Assembly: GCA_964187785.1 (NCBI GenBank)
Contig: OZ076409.1
Coordinates: 15,688,001-15,752,000, forward strand
DNA length: 64,000 nt
Reading direction: 5' to 3'
Origin: Amphiscolops sp. MND2022
Lineage: Eukaryota
Shown: positions 13,247 through 27,136 of the stretch, piece after piece
Numbering within the stretch: position 1 is the first letter of the stretch
Layout: each line of letters opens with the position of its first letter
Position numbers and translations under genes: made by a program
The notes under the pieces: generated by a model
Told to the model about the DNA's origin: nothing
The model's database searches: none
Seen by the model: the letters and a program-made list of their open reading frames with translations, nothing else

Positions 13247-14830
13247 TGTTACGACTTCGGTTAGGGTTGTTGTTTTGTACAATTCTGGGTATTTCTGTTG
13301 CTTTCATGAAGGACATTTCTTCTCCTTTGACTTCTCGATGAAACGACTTTGGAGTTTGTTGAATTTGAATTGAGGTGCGTAAAATTGTTATTTTAACAAA
13401 ACAGAGTAGTTGAGCCTAATGAAAGATCGCAGATTGAAATACAAATTGAATGAACAATGTTACAAGTACAAGCTACATTTACCCTCCTAGCATCATCTGT
13501 TCAAACTCGCGTACTTCAATTTCCATCGGGATATCAGTCACTTCCTGTAATTTTGCGGCAAAATTTCGGTCTGCGTTAGCATTTCGTCAAATTTTGCGTT
13601 ATTTCCACAGTTAGATTGATATTAGTCATCACCCAGTGGCAAATCATTTCATTCCGGCGTCTTCTTATTTCTCCCAAGCAGGAAGTAGATTTTACTTCAG
13701 TCTGCCAAACCGGAAAAGTTTCCCTGTTTTACAGCTTTGGTTCGCAGTACTGAACAACTAATACCTGATTTTGAATTTCAATTTGAAAAATTATGACTAA
13801 TTTTCTTTATTTAGGCAATTTGGTGATGCTAAGAGAGTGATTGATTTACATAAGGATAAACAATTAAATATTTCAACCACTAGCAAGTTTTTATCTGTTA
13901 AAAGTTAATAGCAACATCTTTGAGCAACAATAAAGAACGACGTGACATGGTCAAACAGCCAATGAATTCATTAAATTAGGTAATCAAAGCATACACTTAA
14001 AAAACCTGCTTAGACAGCACTTTATTAAGACAATTGAATTTAAACTGTGACTCTCCAATATAAATTGTGTAAAAACACTGTTAGTTTAAGTTAGTATAAA
14101 AAGTCCTGGCATAAATACCATTTTCCGCTCAAATTCAATCTTAGTTGACGCAATACTGCCGTAGAAATGTGTTTTCTTAACTTCTTGTACATTAGTTGAC
14201 GTAGCGTTGACGCAGATTCAAAATCTGTCCTAATTGTGACTTTGCGACGTAGTGTTCAAGCAAATTCTCATTCAGTTCTAGCTAGCAATTTCTGCTGACG
14301 CAGCACTTCCGTAAATTCAAAATCCGTCATCTTTAGTAATTTTGCGACGTAGTGTTGACACGTTTTATTGGCAAACTTGGCAAACTTGGCAGCGTGACTA
14401 GTTTGACGCAATGCTGACAAGTATTTAGAATGATGTCCTAGCTAGCTTCAAAGGCGGTGACGTAGGGTTGTCGGATATTTGGAATGATTTCTTAGCTAGC
14501 GGCCAAGACGGTGACGTAGCGTTGGCGGATATTTGGAATGAATTGTAGCTAGCTGCCACGCTAGTGACGTAGTGATGACGAGTAATTTGGAATGAATTCT
14601 AGAGATTGAATTTTAGTTTGTTTTCAACCTAACCCAGTCCGGACGCGGACTGTGACAGTATTTGTTGGGGATCAGTGATTATTTAGTCTTATTTAGCGAT
14701 GCTTGATCAGATCAATGGCCAAAAAACAACAAGAGTTGACCATTTTGCTAGCTTTTTAGTTACCATGGCAAGATCATGACAAATTCTCATTTTCTCCTGG
14801 CGGCCATAGATTCATGACAAGATCCTATCC
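13247..14830. repeat. Older, diverged third copy of a ~1.6-kb module (cf. ~6046-7625 and ~10179-11768)
   Basis: Colinear similarity with scattered substitutions, from tgttacgacttcggttaggg to gacaagatcctatcc. Confidence 0.85.
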
Positions 14831-15230
14831 TTGGAAAGATTTTAATTAAATGATTTGATTTTCCGAGATCGATTCTTGTTAAAGTGGACAGACGTTTAAT
14901 GTTTTGAAATTTGGATTCTGAAATGCAAAAAAAATTCTATGCGTGCGTTGCGGCTACTGTGTACGAATTCGGTTATTACTGTGTGAACTTATCCTAAGGC
15001 AATTCAGATTCGAAATACCTGTATTTCACAAACAGACCATATTGTAATGAAAAACTTTTTTATGGAGCGCAGTTGGGTTGGCACACGACCTGTTAATCTT
15101 TTGACACTTTGCGGAAGGTCTGCAATGTGTGAACGCTAGCACTCTACCACATCCCCCACATTAATTGAACAAAGATCAAGTCTCTATTTTTACAACAAAT
15201 CTGATTTTATACTACTTCAACGATCATAAT

Positions 15231-16156
15231 CAGGGATGAGAATTTATTGTGAACGCAATAAAGCATTTTCTACTCAATTTTAGACCTTTCCATTTTTACG
15301 GAATAACGCGTTTTACGGCAGTTTCTAGACAAATTGAGAAATGTGCCAAGATGTCCCGCAATGCTAAAAAACATTCCTATGGAAAAATATGCATTTCTGA
15401 GAATGGTTTAAGTTATTAAAGACACTTGTAACCGTGCTTTTCGTTTCAGAGTTATGTTTGGCAATTTGTCATACACATGCCGAAGCAACGCCCAAGCCCA
15501 ATCCTTGACCCCAAACCATTACTCGCGGTTGAAAATTTTGGATATATAACAGCGCAAATGAAATGACCAGGTTTCTTGTATGACGTGCGGATGACCGAAA
15601 CGTTGATACACTGAAAGCTCAAGTAACATTTGTTGCAGCAACTTTCCAATTTTGGCCATTTTCGATTGAAAAATTGCAAAAACGTATGCCGGTAGGTGAT
15701 GCGTTTGTGATTATAAACGAGGTGACATTGAAAGTTACTCTGAATCTGTACAAACAAAAGGGAAATTCTGCTGTCAAAACATCCGGATTTTCAAATTGTG
15801 AAAGAGCATGCCAACGTGTTAATGGGTAACTGCTTTCAGATAAGATTTACCCCAGTAAATTCACTGAAATACAAAATTTCGCTGATTGTAAACGCAGATA
15901 TTGAGCGAGTGTTCTCGAGGACAACGGCAATTTTGACGCCTCAATGACAAAAACTTACCTTTACCTTGCTAAAGATGCATCTTTTATAAATTGGAAGACC
16001 GATGATATTTTAGATGAAGATATTGAACAAATGTTGGGTAAAACACTTAGGTTTTTTTAGCAATTTCTTTCTGTTTTTATGGTCAATTTTAGTCATTTTT
16101 GAGGTAAACACATTGCGCAGCTTTTCAATATTTTACCACAAAATTTCTCTTCCCTG
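15231..16156 (+). mobile_element. Internally deleted hAT transposon
   Basis: TIRs CAGGGATGAGAATTT and CAGGGAAGAGAAATTT (minus strand). Flanks atcataat/attaaaat match 6/8 as an 8-bp TSD. A relic hAT dimerisation motif KYKISLIVNADIERVFSRTTAILTPQ*QKLTFTLLKMHL lies at ~15868-15984. Confidence 0.7.
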
Positions 16157-16580
16157 ATTAAAATAAAAGTGTATATAGAAACACAAGAGTTTCAATTATA
16201 GTAACAATCAACAAAAGTTGTCCGTAATGGTATACGTGCATTTCATGTAGTTTTCAGGTTTTAGTCTCTACTCAATACTCTGGCGAGTTTTCTTTTTCTT
16301 TGGTGACACTTGGGTAGGTATTACGTTCTGCCCATTAAAGTTGGGTTTAGCTTAGCTGCGCTGTCCACGCCGTGCTTTGTATGGCAATTGCGTCTTGTCT
16401 TCCTACGTTTTCTCTTCCTTTTCTGAATGTTGTTGTTGCCCTTCTTCTAATCCCCCGTTTTGTTCCGGGGTTTGTGACAACTTTCTCTCTTCCCCTCTTT
16501 TCGCTGAAGATTCTTTTTTTTCTAAGTTGTAAGGGATTCTTTCATCTTGTAGATTTCGGTGATTGCCGCCTTCTTCCTTT

Positions 16581-17071
16581 TTAGTCGGCGCTTTTCTTAA
16601 GAAATGAGCCCGACTACTACAGTCACTCGTTTTTTTTCCTTTTTTTTATTTAAGACAGACTCGAAGCGACGAACGTTAAAATTAACGTTCAACTACTAAA
16701 TAAGTACTAAACTACTGGACCGCTAAAGGCAAACGGGGAGCGCATTCATTTACTTTTTCAACGTTACATACAAGCCCGGACGGGACTAAAGTTTCGTACC
16801 CCCCCCTTTCGATTTTTTTCGGCGCTGTGAGATTTTTTTTGAATTTTTTTTAATGTCCCCAAAGGGTCCCCCCTTTGAGTTTTTTGTTATTTTGCTACAG
16901 AATGCGTGTTTATAAATCAAAAAGGGTCCCCCCTTTTACATTTTTCGGCACTGTGCGACATTTTCCGAAAGAAATTTTTTTTTCGAAAATTTCAAGTTTT
17001 TTTCCAAAAAAAACGTTTTGCGCTTTTTGAGCCTTAGATATAGCGCCGACTTGAGGCGTTCTCGTCTTGTT
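16581..17071 (+). mobile_element. Helentron/DINE-1-like (HINE) copy inserted in the Gypsy relic
   Basis: Sub-terminal inverted repeats AGTCGGCGC ... GCGCCGACT, then a short hairpin and terminal CTTGTT, in T-rich flanks. Confidence 0.6.
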
Positions 17072-20000
17072 TGCTTTTCTGCCGTGAGTTGTCGCTTTCT
17101 GATCATTTCTTGCGATGAAATTAAGACTGTTGCCTGCTTCTTTCTGATTGGCCTAGTCTTTTGAGCAAAGGTTTTGGCCTCGTGTCGTTGCTCTACTGTT
17201 GACGGTTACGTTGAGTTGGACTCAGTTTCGCTTTCTGCTATTCCGCGCTCAAATACGCCACCTTTGTCGTTTTTTGCGCATTCTTTGTTTGTTGCCATCT
17301 TCAACATCCCAGTTTGTTTGCGTGTCCTTTACCTCTTTTAAGTTTTACTGTCGCTTGTGAGCGTCCAGTTGGCAGGAACGTATTTGTTTGATTGCTCTGC
17401 TCAAGCAATACACCTTTCTTCATCTAAGTTGATCCAGTTTGGAGCCTCTCGCACGTTCCTTGACCAGAATTGTGGAATCTTTTATCTATAATTCAAAAAC
17501 GTTTCTCTTTCTTTGGCCTTGGTCGGACGAAAATTGCGTCCACTTTGAGCACCTTTAGTAAGTCCGCTTTGGTAAAAATTGTGATTGGCGAACATGAATC
17601 AAACATAGCGGTAAATGGTTCTTCGTCTTTATTACCTTTCTTTACGAATAGTTAGTTGACTACCATTGCCGTTTACATGTAAGACCATGATTTCTTCTTC
17701 CGTCTCATTGCTAGATTTGATTGGTCGCCCTCTCGTCCAACCAGATTGACTCGTCGCATTCCGGCCCACAATCTATTTTTGGCTCTTCGTTTGAAGGTAC
17801 AAGACGTCGGATTTCAGCACATCCTCTGAGAAAAATTTGCTATGCCACAATTTCTACATTTCGTCTTCTGGTAATTTGAACTCTAGTGTTCCTGAAATGA
17901 ACAAGGGCGGTTACTTAATAACCTTTTTGTCGCGTTAGTCTCTTGTCTCGTAGATCTTTCGTAAGGTGATTTATTCTTGGCAGACGGGTTCATCAGGAGT
18001 GCGAACGAAGTTTCCGATAGCTCTGATGTATCCCTTTGATTTACTATTTTCTTGTTGGCACTTAGTCTTTCATTTTTTGTCCGGATCGAATTGTCTGTTT
18101 TCCTGGTCTTTCGTTGTCGCTAATGGGACGTTCTCATGTTTTGTTAATCTTTTCTCGTAACATTCCTTGGATTTTCTATTCCTTAGAATTGCTCCTGGAT
18201 CTGTTCTATGGTTTGCAGCATACCATGTCTCGCTGTGTATTCTTTAAAAACTGAATTACTTTTCGGTATTTGGCTTCTTTAAACGTTCCCCTCGGCCCAT
18301 CCATTATAATGGTCTGTTTGGACCAGTAACAAATTCCTAGCTTGAACGGAGTTTTGATACTATTGGCTTTATTGGAAAAAAGTGAAGACTTCGCAAAATG
18401 ATTGACAGTAACGCCTTTCGGACTGCCAATTGCTCATCCATATATGAGAAATCGTTGCTTTCCAAGCTGAAACATCTGAATTTGTCTCGCCATTGTTCCG
18501 GATGTTGAATCATGCTGGTGTATTTTGGTCCTTCCATAAGGTTTATTATTTTTTGTACAAAATCGTCGGTCTCGAAATGTGCTGTAAAGGAAAATATTCC
18601 AAAGTCTGGAGAATTTCTGCTCTATTTATGGAGTAACAGATATGAGTTGGTAACGGTGGTTTGTTCCCAAATTCAATAGTGCTGTTTTTGCTTTCCGAAT
18701 TCACTTTAGAATCGTATGGGCTCATTTTCTTTCAGTCGGCGTTGCTTTCAATTGAATTAAATGAGGCATTTATGATCTTTCTTGCTTCCACGCTTTGTTT
18801 GCTTTCTTCTTTCTCACATGCCACCTCACGCCTGTCCGTCTGCTTGCTTGAATCTGCCACTTCGCCTCCGAGTGGCTAACTCTAAGCTTCGTTCCTTTCT
18901 GCTTCATCTAAAACAGGCTTTTAACAATTTTTATCATTGACCGTTAACCAGATGTTCCAAAGTTCTTCTGCGTCTAGCTCTTTGCTTTTATTACCGGGTG
19001 ATAGATGCCCGGATAAATAATCAACCATTTAGGCCTTCTCTATGCTTCATGTTTTTACCGTGAATTGGAATGGCAACATCCTGTATATCCACATGCTTGA
19101 TAGTCTACTAAGAATGTTTTCTTGGCTCGGTTCCTTCTAAGGATCCATATTAATGCTTCATGATTGAACATAATTTCATTTTCCATCTGGTATGCATTGT
19201 TTTTAAATCTTTTCGCTGCCCCTACTACCGCTAAAAATTCTAATTCTTTTATCGATTACTTTTGTTAAAGGTTGACAACAATCTCGATCAAATTGGACCG
19301 CTCCCTAACCCTGCTTTGTGTTTTGTAGCAGTACTGCACCCAATCAGTCTCTGCTGGCATCGAACACATTTCTCATTGGTGGGCTTTATGACAATTTGTA
19401 ATAATATTAGTTCAAGTTCTGCTCTATTGATTTTTTGAAATGCCTTGTCGCTTTCTTCCGTCCATTCCCATTCCTTGTTCCGCTCGATAAAGGTGTAAAG
19501 GGTGCACCTAGTGTGCGAGATTCGGAATGAATTTATTCATATTGTTTATGGCACCCATCAATGACCGCATTTCTTTCAAGTTTCTCAGTTTACTTCTGCC
19601 CTTTATCGCTTGGAGTTTTCCATCTATCGGTTTGCTTCCATTTTGTGATCATCATCTGAATCACAACCGTTCCGTGTCCACTAGTGCGACACGACAATTC
19701 TCTCATCCCGTATGTTTCGTCCAATATCCGTATATTTCGCCGTATCCCTGTTTCGTCCAATGTTCTCAACACCTCCTGTACTTTCTTCATGCGCTTGTTG
19801 CTTTTCATTGCAATCAAGATTTCGTGGTTGAATGCGAAGGTGATTGGGAAATTCTGCAGAAATCGTGATTTTCTGGAACTCTGGCGGCATTATTGTCAGT
19901 CCGTAGTAGCCTGTTTTAAAAGGTCTGCCTCTGATTTTGCAGTGCTTGGCAGGAAATGACTGTGCTTGGCAGGAAATGGTAGTGCTTGCCAGGAAATGGC

Positions 20001-21793
20001 AGTGCATGGCAGTCTACGGGTGCAAGTCGTTTTGGCCGTGTGCGAACAACATGTCCAATGATGTAGACATTACCGTCCCCTCCTCTTTTGCGTTGATGAT
20101 TTCCGCGTCTTGTTCCATTAAATTCTCCAGATTTGGCATCTGGTATTTATTCTTTTGAAATGCGTTATTCAGCGATCTGGCATACTGGGCTATATTGAAA
20201 CATTTTTCCTTCTTCACCGTGACCACCACCGGCTGTATAAAAGTTTCGTCACACGCTTCCTCGACTGGCTTTATGTGTCCATCTTTCAGAATTTTACCAA
20301 TTTCGTTGACCACTGCTTCTCGCAGTTATAGCGGCCCTCTCCTTTCCTCCTGTTGCGTTGATTGGGCATCTTTCTTGAACTCAATTATGATTTGACGTTC
20401 TTTCAAATTTCAAGTCCGAATAAACAATTCTAGAATATTTTTTACATTTTTTGCTATCCAAATTGATCATGTTACTTACAGTGTTATTGTACCCAGTGTA
20501 TTTGTTCGTTGCCTCTACTCTTAAGTTCAATTGTGTGAGCAATTTATCTTGATCATTGACTCGGTTCAGTTTCTCATTCTGACGATGCATGCGTGCATTT
20601 TTGACTAGTTTTTTCCCACTTGCACATCCATATTGATGTATTGATGTATTCCACCAGATTCAACAGGTGGCCATTATAATTCCAAAACGTCTCTTTCTTT
20701 GACCTTGGTCGAAACTAAAATTGCGTCCACTTTGGGCACCTTTAGTAAGTCCGCTTTGGTAGAAATTGTGATTGGCGAACATGAATCAAACATAGCGGTA
20801 AATGGTTCTTCGTCTATATTACATTTCTTTACGAATAGTTAGTTGACTACCATTTCCGTGTACATGTAAGACCATAATTTTTTCTTCCGTCTCATTGCTA
20901 GATTTGATTGGTCGCCCTCTCGTCCAACCAGATTGACTAGTCGCATTCCGGCCCACAATCTATTTTTGACCCTTCGTTTGAAGGTACAAGACGTCGGCTT
21001 TCAGCACATCCTCGGATAAAAATTTGCTATGCCACAGTTTCTAAACTTCTCTCATTTCGTGTCTTACTGCTATCCAGATGATCTAGTGTGAAATCCTATA
21101 CACATCCAGTGCACTGGATCTTATTTCTCTTCGTGAATTCTCTTCAAAATTTATATATTGGTTTATTCCCTCTTCGTACGCTACCGCAAACCGACATGAA
21201 ATCTTGTGCGTCTTCCTCGGCTCGGTTAACAGTCTTTCTTGTACTGTTTTGTTGTTCATTTATTATATGAACGCATCGATTACTAAACTGTCAGTTTATT
21301 CTTCAAATCTGTACTTCGCCGCAGGCACAGCCAATATATCCAAAATTGGCGTAAAGAATGCTCCTCCTTCTGTTTCCGGGAGAATAATTTGTATCTTTCT
21401 TATGTTCGGTTTCATCGTTTTCCGAATGCCTGTTCGCAATTATCTTTCAACTCCTGCAAAGATACTGTCGGCACTATCATTTGCGAAAGCTTGTCTGTTA
21501 TACTTTCCTGGGCTGCTGTTCCCAACGATAACAAGTGGGTACTGACTTTTCTTCTAGCAGCTTGCTCATTCATGTTATTGATGAATGCTGTCTTTCCGGT
21601 TCTGTTTTCTGTCACTGCTCGTCATATTTCGTTTACTTATCTCGAGTATCTTGCATTTACTGCCACCATGAAAAAGCCCACCAATCCTCCTTATCTGCTT
21701 TAGCTGCTACATCTGCCCTATCTCAGTATGCTGGCAATCCCGACACTGCTTATGCCTCTCCTGCTTTTGTCACATTTCCGCTGGTTGAAGAAT

Positions 21794-21805
21794 CTCACAG
21801 CGCCA
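21794..21805 (-). promoter_or_regulatory. Primer-binding site of the decayed Gypsy element (tRNA-Ser-like)
   Basis: Minus strand TAACA|TGGCGCTGTGAG, complementary to the CTCACAGCG-CCA 3' end of metazoan tRNA-Ser(CGA) as recalled. Confidence 0.6.
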
Positions 21806-23199
21806 TGTTATAGCTGTGTGATCTCAGAATAAAACAATTCAGATTGGAAGAAGTAACTGTATTTTAACGAACAAACCATATTTTAATAGTAATCTCATTT
21901 TCTTGAGTAGGCACTTTGAAGAGGGTCTGCATTGTGTGATCGCTGCGCTCTGCCACAAATTCAATCACACGTTTCGTAGATAGATCGAAGTACATCACGC
22001 CAATCGAAGTACAAATCGTGGCACAGTGACGACCCTTGAGTTGCCTAGTTGGGACTAATTTGAGAGTATTCTGCACACATCCGTTTCTTTGAACTCAAAG
22101 AGATGCTAAATTGGAGCGGCGATTTCTGAGCTCGAACTATTAGGCGTTCCGTCATTCTGGGAAACGTTTCCCGTCGAATTACGTCAATACAACTGCGTCT
22201 GATTCCTTGTCATATGCCCAATCTGTAGTGGTAGAAGCTAAAAATTAAAGTACCGTTCTTAACTCGGGGCGTCGAATTACATGCCTTCCGGTCTTGTTTT
22301 ATCACCAGAATTTGAGAATACTGCCCCAGTTTTTTGGGATATGACAAAGAAATGCAACTAGAACATTCGCTTCAGCATGGCTAGAGCCATTTCATCAATG
22401 TATGGTCCAACAATTGGGAACACAATTTTCCAATTCAATTTAACAGCTGTTTTTGGATATAAATAGTTCCAAATGGAGACATTGCAGGATATTGTTAATA
22501 ACGTGTAACATTTATTTTTTGATTTCAACAAACATGTTTCAACTCAAACATTCAAAAGTGTCCCATTTGTTCTACTGAGATAGTTCTCAACGTCGGTATA
22601 GTTGAAGAGATTTTCAAAAACATTTGAAATTAATTATTGTCAAAATTGAATTGGAAGCTAATTTCTCGCACTTCCGTTTTTTTTTCGAACTCTGAGAAAA
22701 TATTCCTTTCCTCAATTTGTACTGATTCTTCGTTTACAATCACTTCACTTTCACCACAGTGTTTCCAAAAACAGTCGAATGCACAATTGGTGCTTTCGAG
22801 GATGAATGATTTTTCAGCGTCGGAAACTGAGAACCAAATTTTTGTAAGAGTGATTGAAAAAGACGACGTATCTCCAACAATAATAATTTTTTAAGTGTCT
22901 CTTTCAAACTGACTGAAAAACATCGAATTTTTAGGCAGTTTGTAAAGCGAATTGTAATGAAATGGATTAAGCAGATATGGTTCCTAAATCAGGATAACTG
23001 GTTTCAAGGAAAGTGTAAATTTCGAAATACCTTTGCAGCATTTGAAAAAATGATGACCGTATGGTTGCGTTCCGTTGAATAGGTCGTAATTTGGTTTTCT
23101 TCCGTAATTCAGCAGACTTCATGAGTCCCACACCACTAATTTGTCGACGTTAACGATTGTCATTTTCATAGTGATGACTACTAACAACACAATGTTTGA

Positions 23200-23700
23200 C
23201 TTCTAAATGGAGTCGGTGGCTTTCACACCCTATAAGCGATACCCCTAACTTATCAGCAACATCTTTATTCAACCAAAAACACAATGTTGTTCAAAGATTT
23301 TCTATAAACACCCAATGCATAAGATATCCAACATGACTTTCAGCATTCAGAGAAGTTTCGCCAATCGTTGGCGCGAAAGCAAACACGCCTGTCTCTCTTA
23401 TTTTTTGCACAGAATAGACAGCAAAAAGGCCCACAGTGTGCTGATGTACCCATTTCAGACCATCCGTCTACCAGTTGTCCAAAATTCGTCGGCAAAGTTT
23501 TGGCAATTTTGGTTTCAACTGTTTCTGTGAGCTCCGTCATGTAAAAAACCAGCTTTTTAGAGGATACGGGTTTAGATTTTGCATATCTCTTAGTTGTTTC
23601 TATGTCGACAAAGTTTAAAGGAAGTCCTTCAGTACTAATCCATTTTAACTAACCGTGAATACTGCGAGCTTTTTCTTCAACGAACAAGTTTTCCTAAGAT
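23200..23700 (-). pseudogene. hAT-type transposase fragment
   Basis: WISTEGLPLNFVDIETTKRY...LTETVETKIAKTLPTNFGQLVDGWSEMGTSAH (ORF 23340-23540) contains the first catalytic Asp in a DGWS motif. Confidence 0.55.
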
Positions 23701-23849
23701 CGCAGATATAATGACAAGGAATCGGTTCACCCAACCAACTACTATCACACTTACATTTCGTTGATAATACAGATGCGTCCATTGACCGTAATGATGGACC
23801 GTCCATGGAGCCGAGGTTGTTTTAAATTTTTGTGACTCTCCTTTCCAGA

Positions 23850-24845
23850 TAATTGGCCTTACAAAATATTTGCGGGCAATTTTTCACAAGTCTCCGTCTG
23901 GTTCAAACATCAACAGAACGAGGCCTTCTGTTCGCTGGAACTGTCCAGGAAAATCGTCTTCAAAAAGAGAAGTTCGACGATGAAAAAAAGTTCGACGTGG
24001 ATCATGGCATGCGAAGCACTTGAAAGACAACATAGCTGGTGTTGCATGGTAGGACAACCGAAGAGTGCTACTCATTTCAAATTATGTAGCCGTGGAGCCT
24101 GTAATCAGAAGATGGGACAAAAAATCTGATAGTTATGAAAAAAATTTGTAGACCAGCCGTGGTGGCTGAATATAACAAATTTATGGGAGGAGTTGACCTA
24201 ATATATATGCTAACTTCTTTGTATAAACCAACTCTTTGCTCACGCCGATGGTATCTATACATATTTCGCCATCTGATTCATCTAACCACGTGTAATTCTT
24301 GGATTCTTCATGGGGAGGAAGCACGAATAATGAAAGAACCAACGATTCCTTTGAGAGATTTTATTGCTGATTTGGCTTCATGTTTATGCAACATTGGAAT
24401 TCGCTAACGCGGGAGACCACCATTGGGTTCTCCAATAATGAAAAAACAATCATTTCCAATAAACATTCCAACGTCTACACTAGATGTGCGAAAAGATGGT
24501 TTACACCATTGGCCAAAGTTACCTCAGAAACGCCTCAGATGCAAAATGTGTGCTCCAAGTGCATTCACTTACGTTTCTTGTGAAATATGTGATGTGTAAT
24601 TGTGTTTTACCACAAGGACCGCAATTAATTCTATCAATTTGATAACTAACATCGTTGGTAATTGAAATTTTCTTGAAACTGTTTTTTCCCAATGTATCAT
24701 ATCTGATACACTCCACAACTCAAGAGTAGAATATGTTTTGAATTGAATCTATGTTTCAAGGTGTTATTTAACTTGCTACTAGTCCAGTTTTACCAGAAAA
24801 TATTTTTCAACGACTGAATTGCAGACTTGGTCCTTAAAAGGTTAA
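23850..24845 (+). mobile_element. piggyBac transposon 3' relic (PGBD-like transposase pseudogene)
   Basis: YKIFAGNFFTS; W*DNRRVLLISN; RPAVVAEYNKFMGGVDL...RRWYLYIF (ORF 24135-24407). C-terminal Cys-rich RCKMC...CEICDV*LC. End ...aaaagg|TTAA at 24841-24845. Confidence 0.8.
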
Positions 24846-26977
24846 ATAAAATGAAAACTAGCCACGCATTAGTTTATTGTTGAATAATGAAGGCCACATC
24901 ACAATTTTGCTTTGCCAATACTTGATTGCAAAAGCTGAAGAGCTGCACTGAAGTTTATGTTATCTGGTAGGAAAAACAACTGAACGAGAAGAGCTTTTAA
25001 TTTTTAAAATCTACTGATGTATTTGGTTCATATTGTGATAACGCTCTCCTTTTCGGAGTTCGCCCTTGTCATTATCTCTCGATTGCGTCAAAGTAGCCTT
25101 GAGTAACCAAAAAATCTTGAATATTGTTCGATAAACATGGATGAAGAAAGTTCAAAATTTGGAAACTTTTGTTTCCAGTGGAGTTCTTTTCCATGTTTTT
25201 GTTCTGCCCCAAAAACAGAAATTGTTAGAATTCAAAAGATAGTTTTTACATGAGTTTGTCTATGGAGCCTGGACGAAACAAAAATACATCAAAAAGTCTG
25301 TCTTTTGTTTCAACAACATTGTCCTAGAAAGGATTCTTGTTTCAAAACATCCCGAGTTTTTAGATTCCGCTCTATGTTGTCTATGGTGTCTTGCTGAATC
25401 CATTGAGTGTCAGACGACGTAGAAGAAACAGAATTGAGAGAATGACATTTGGAACGCGGCAAGTCAGAAAACCCTACAGTCATTTAGTCGATTTTTTAAC
25501 TGCATGCGCTAAATTTGAATATCTTTCTCAAATGATAGCTACAATTGATTATGGTACACTTGTTATCTTTTGGAACCAAATAATGCACATCCGTTAGGTG
25601 TGAAGTTCAGTGCTGTTCAACTTATGTTGGGTTTTGTACGGCATGCCAGTTAGTAGAGCCTATTTCAAAACAATTAAAAAGGATTTGAAAAAAATTCAGC
25701 GTTAGCCAGTTTATCCACTTTCTGCATGAAAAGCTGAAAAAAGAATGATAGATATCCCAGATATGTACTATATAACTCTAGAATTTACCTCTCACCTGAA
25801 CAATTTTACGGTTCCACAGCAACAAAAAGATGTTCGGATCGTAGGTTCGGATGTTATTCGCAAACAACAATTTCCTCACTCAAACGCCATGAGGTCATAC
25901 CACCTTTTGTGTCCTTTCAAGTTCAGAATTCGTTACCCAAGCTCTGGTAAAGATTGACTGATAGAAACAAGAACAAAAACGACCACAATGACACTAAAAT
26001 TCTTTATTTCGTCCATGGAAACCAGCAAAAAACGAATCTTGCTCAAATAAAAATTTGCCGTTCAAAGTCATCTTAGAGACTTTTTGCGAGAAAAACTTTG
26101 CGAATCCTTTTCTCACACTGGTCCACTTCTTGAGTACAAATTGACGCGCTTACTCCTTTCAGATCTTGAGTTATAAAGCAATTTATTTGCGAAATGTCTC
26201 TCTGAGTTTAGCTTACAGTAATAATGTTCCTAAAATCAACAAAGTTGGAAGGCTTTGAAATTTTCAAAATGTACTAACGCAAATCAGAAACAAGATACAT
26301 AGGGTCTGTGAAATTTGAAAATCATTGATTACGTTTCGGTGGTCCGGGCAATATCCCTACCACAATTTGGCGGGCGACAGCAGGGAACTTTTCACCGATC
26401 CAATTAGATGAAACTTTGCATACCCTTAGCGCAAAACAGCAGAGCAATTTTTTGGCTATTGACATTAAAAGTGACTTTTCACCGTTTTTGCGTTATTTTG
26501 TTGCTTTTCTTACGCCGTTTTTGTTTTTGTCGTCATAACTTTTCCCCACGGCATCCTAGCCATATTTGTTGCTCTTACGTTGTGTTGCACTATCTGAAAA
26601 TACGTCTGCCTAGAAATCTTGGTTGCAATCGGATCAGCCCCGCTGTGATAGAAAAGGACCCCCCGTCCGATTTTACTCGGCAAATTTGGAAAACTGTCAA
26701 TTCTGAACAAGAAGGCGTTTCCATATTTCGGAAATTTTTGCTCTTGAGCAAAACCATCTGAGGCTTCAGACAAAATAAACAGCTAGGAAGGTTAGAATTG
26801 AGATCAATTTTAAGAACATTGTTAAGCATAGAGCATGGGACTACAACCTTTCGAAGGGATGATTTATTAATGTTTAATGTTACATCTTATGATTCAACTA
26901 TCAGGTCAAATGTGTTCAAGTTCGGTATGTAGGTTACATGTTTTTGCATGCAATCGCATGTTCTCGTTCCTTGGGAC

Positions 26978-27136
26978 TCATTTGATTGAATGTTTTCGCT
27001 GACTCGGAGGAACTTTTGCCACTTCTCCTTTTGTTTCTTCTTTCCGGAACATGAGGAAAAACTGTTTCCGGAAGTGGCTGCTGGCGAACATGTAAGAGAA
27101 GAAGTTCACAGAGTGGTTCAAGCACGACAAAAGTCC
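26978..27136 (-). CDS. Class A (rhodopsin-like) GPCR paralog 1, last exon (TM7 and C-tail)
   Basis: Acceptor tttcag| then GLLSCLNHSVNFFSYMFASSHFRKQFFLMFRKEETKGEVAKVPPSQRKHSIK*. NxxNFFxY TM7 motif, phase 0. Confidence 0.8.
   Translation of the reverse strand, partial: GLLSCLNHSVNFFSYMFASSHFRKQFFLMFRKEETKGEVAKVPPSQRKHSIK

Larger units (their letters stand above)
5064..13352. repeat. Recent tandem duplication, ~4145-bp unit x2 (5064-9208 / 9209-13352)
   Basis: Near-identical sequence at offset ~4145. Duplicated short ORFs in the track (5355/9500, 7737/11880, 8741/12886). Confidence 0.92.
16250..21810 (-). mobile_element. Decayed Ty3/Gypsy LTR retrotransposon (gag-pol relic with many stops and frameshifts)
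   Basis: RT-like fragments FIQPVVVTVKKEK...ARSLNNAFQKNKYQMPNLENL...TSLDM (20014-20313) and GYYGLTIMPPEFQK. RNase H-like DAS...LGAVLLQ at ~19325-19362. Protease-like AMFDSCSPITI at ~20770. LTR end TAACA plus PBS at 21794-21810. Left boundary approximate. Confidence 0.8.

Noticed and set aside
25390..25960. Further transposase-like relic
   Set aside because: Only vague similarity, with no convincing motif or termini.
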